A stretch of DNA of 64,000 bases from Ruditapes philippinarum. Lineage: Eukaryota. The notes below the pieces were generated by a model. The model did not search any database. It had not been told where the DNA came from and was given only the letters and a program-made list of their open reading frames with translations. Position 1 is the stretch's first letter, and every line of letters starts with the position of its first letter. The DNA lies in the NCBI RefSeq assembly GCF_026571515.1, contig NW_026867047.1:310001-374000 (forward strand), in the 5' to 3' direction. A program made the translations under genes and the position numbers. This document shows, one piece after another, positions 61,996 through 64,000 of this stretch.

Positions 61996-64000
61996 TAAAA
62001 AAGTAGATACTTTAGTCAGATTGGTCCAAAAGTAACTTGAACAAGACGAGGGAACTTACTGTGTTTTTCCGTATTCACAAGGAGGATGTGTAACCAAGAC
62101 TGTTTTGATATAACTATAGATCGAATTGCGCCGGATTAATATTTTAGATCGCTATTTCTTTGGAACTAGAGAGACGATGCATATGATGAGGGTTTGACTG
62201 TAGTAAATTTATGACGTCACTACAGTATAGTGTAACCATTGGAATTTGCCGTTGTCCAGACGAATACTTGTATAATCCAGACCATAATACTTGTATGTGC
62301 GAACCCTACCTCTACCAGACATAAGACAAACGCGTTGACATCATAGAAATAGCTTGTTTAATAAGTTGTTCAAGAATGGCTTAAACTATGGCAGCTGATT
62401 TGTTACTTTTTGTGTGCTGGCGACAGCACGACAAAGTGCCAAACGGTGCATTATCGTCTTGTCGTCTTGTCATCCTGTCGCTAGCGAAACACGCCAAACG
62501 GCGCTTTAATAGTCTCGCGGCGTGTTGTCGCGATGACACATTGTCGCTTTACTCAGATGAAAGTATTGGCTTATTGGCGTTTTGAAGCTCATGACAACAA
62601 GCCGTGCGACAACATGATATGAAGCAAACCCTTCGATATAAGCCAAGCTACAGGGCGACATGGCGATAACGTGCAGTTTGGCATGTACGAAAAGGCGATA
62701 ACGATATTTGTTGTGTTGTCGCTAGCTGGAGAAACTTGTAATGACTGAGGAATTTTGTTTTGCAGGTCAATATCATCATGTTATTAGCTATGTTTGAATT
62801 CGTTTACCTTAAAGCATGACATACATTAATTTTGTTGTTTTCAATATATTTATTTCAAAACAAAAAGTAATAAACCGCTCCGTATTTACAAAACAAAAGC
62901 ATATAACACTGTAACATCTGGTCAAAACAACAAAAGATGCTCAACGACAACATAATTATGAAATATTATTAGATATACACTTATTGACTCGTAAGCCATG
63001 GAATATAATGTGATATTCCCCGATCGGAGTAAAAATGATATTCTGCCGGTAAATATCACATCATATTCAATGGCTCACTAGTCAATAATTATATAAATCT
63101 ACATTAAACATTCAATAAGCATTAAACTAGATTTATGAAATTTAATTAAATTTCAAACCTCTCAACAAATTCTACTTTTATACAACTTTTTGAGCTCGCA
63201 CATTATTTTGTCACAAATTCTATATACATGCGTAAATATACAAAATTATTGCTGACAATGAACAATTTACTTTGTTTATACATGTACATAAAATTGAACA
63301 ATTGGTAACATGCAAAAATTAATCTCTTTGTGTGTAAGTAAGTTGTACATAGTACAAACTTTTTTCACATTTTACACTTACTATAGGGAACATTACCATA
63401 TAAAGTGGATGTTTGCTCAAGAACACTAACATGGTCTTTACAAACCAGTCTGTTTCACTTTATGGGTAAGCCAAAGGCTTGCTGTTCAGATTTTACAAAT
63501 GCAACACATGTATACATCTATATTGCATATTCTTTAAAGATCCTGTAACACAATTCTTTTATGGTTTTAAATCATAAATATGATGCTCAAATTAAGATTT
63601 ATCAATTTTTCAAGTTCCAAAAAACATTGTTTATAAAGATGTTACCGAATTTAACATGTCATGTAAATAAAGAGAGGTAATAAAACATTTATTTTCTATA
63701 AATTGTAAGTCAAATTTTTCAATAAGAAATGAATGCAATTATTTTAATGATTACATATAATATGTACAAATATTTGCAGTACACATTTTACATATTCTTC
63801 GATGTTTGATAATTGTTTTACAAGCATAATTGTATACATATATATAATTTCACTTGAGTGTGGTATGCAACGTCAGTTACAACATACAGGATCTAAAGGC
63901 TCTTAGATATATACGTGAGATAACGCTATAGTTTATGAGAACTGTGTGCAGGTAGATATACAATGAATTCTATCAATGAAACTATTCAAAATAAAACGTC

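Noticed and set aside
62388-62730. 65-aa ORF in a GC-richer patch
   Set aside because: Built from CGACAA/TTGTCG motifs typical of a decayed repeat; ends could not be defined and there is no protein motif.

Overview
AT-rich eukaryotic (metazoan) genomic DNA with spliceosomal GT-AG introns. The repeat families look bivalve/oyster-like (inference). Genes were assembled by hand from splice sites and reading phase. (1) Three tandem minus-strand, three-coding-exon rho-class glutathione S-transferase genes of 225 aa each at 4728-9081, 13409-19747 and 23505-26040. The first two lie in a recent ~8.7/10.6 kb tandem duplication with its junction at 10433/10434. (2) A 19-exon plus-strand gene (about 30320-45985) encoding ankyrin repeats, two ZU5-like domains, a UPA-like domain and two death domains; a 10-bp duplication frameshifts exon 13. 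(3) A two-exon minus-strand cadherin gene (58062-50404, 1052 aa) with a signal peptide, an unusual N-terminal domain, 6 EC repeats, a TM helix and a tail. (4) A small plus-strand single-pass Cys-rich protein with PY motifs (Shisa-like/CYYR1/WBP1-VOPP1 type, exons 60087-60320 and 60853-61010). The rest is many non-autonomous transposons with readable TIRs/TSDs (including a CACAG...CTGTG element with a 5-bp TSD, the Transib/RAG-like signature), tRNA-derived SINEs, Helentron-type HINEs, long-hairpin elements, minisatellites and two N gaps. Most ORFs in the supplied track are spurious repeat translations. No prokaryotic system, CRISPR array, rRNA or true tRNA was found.
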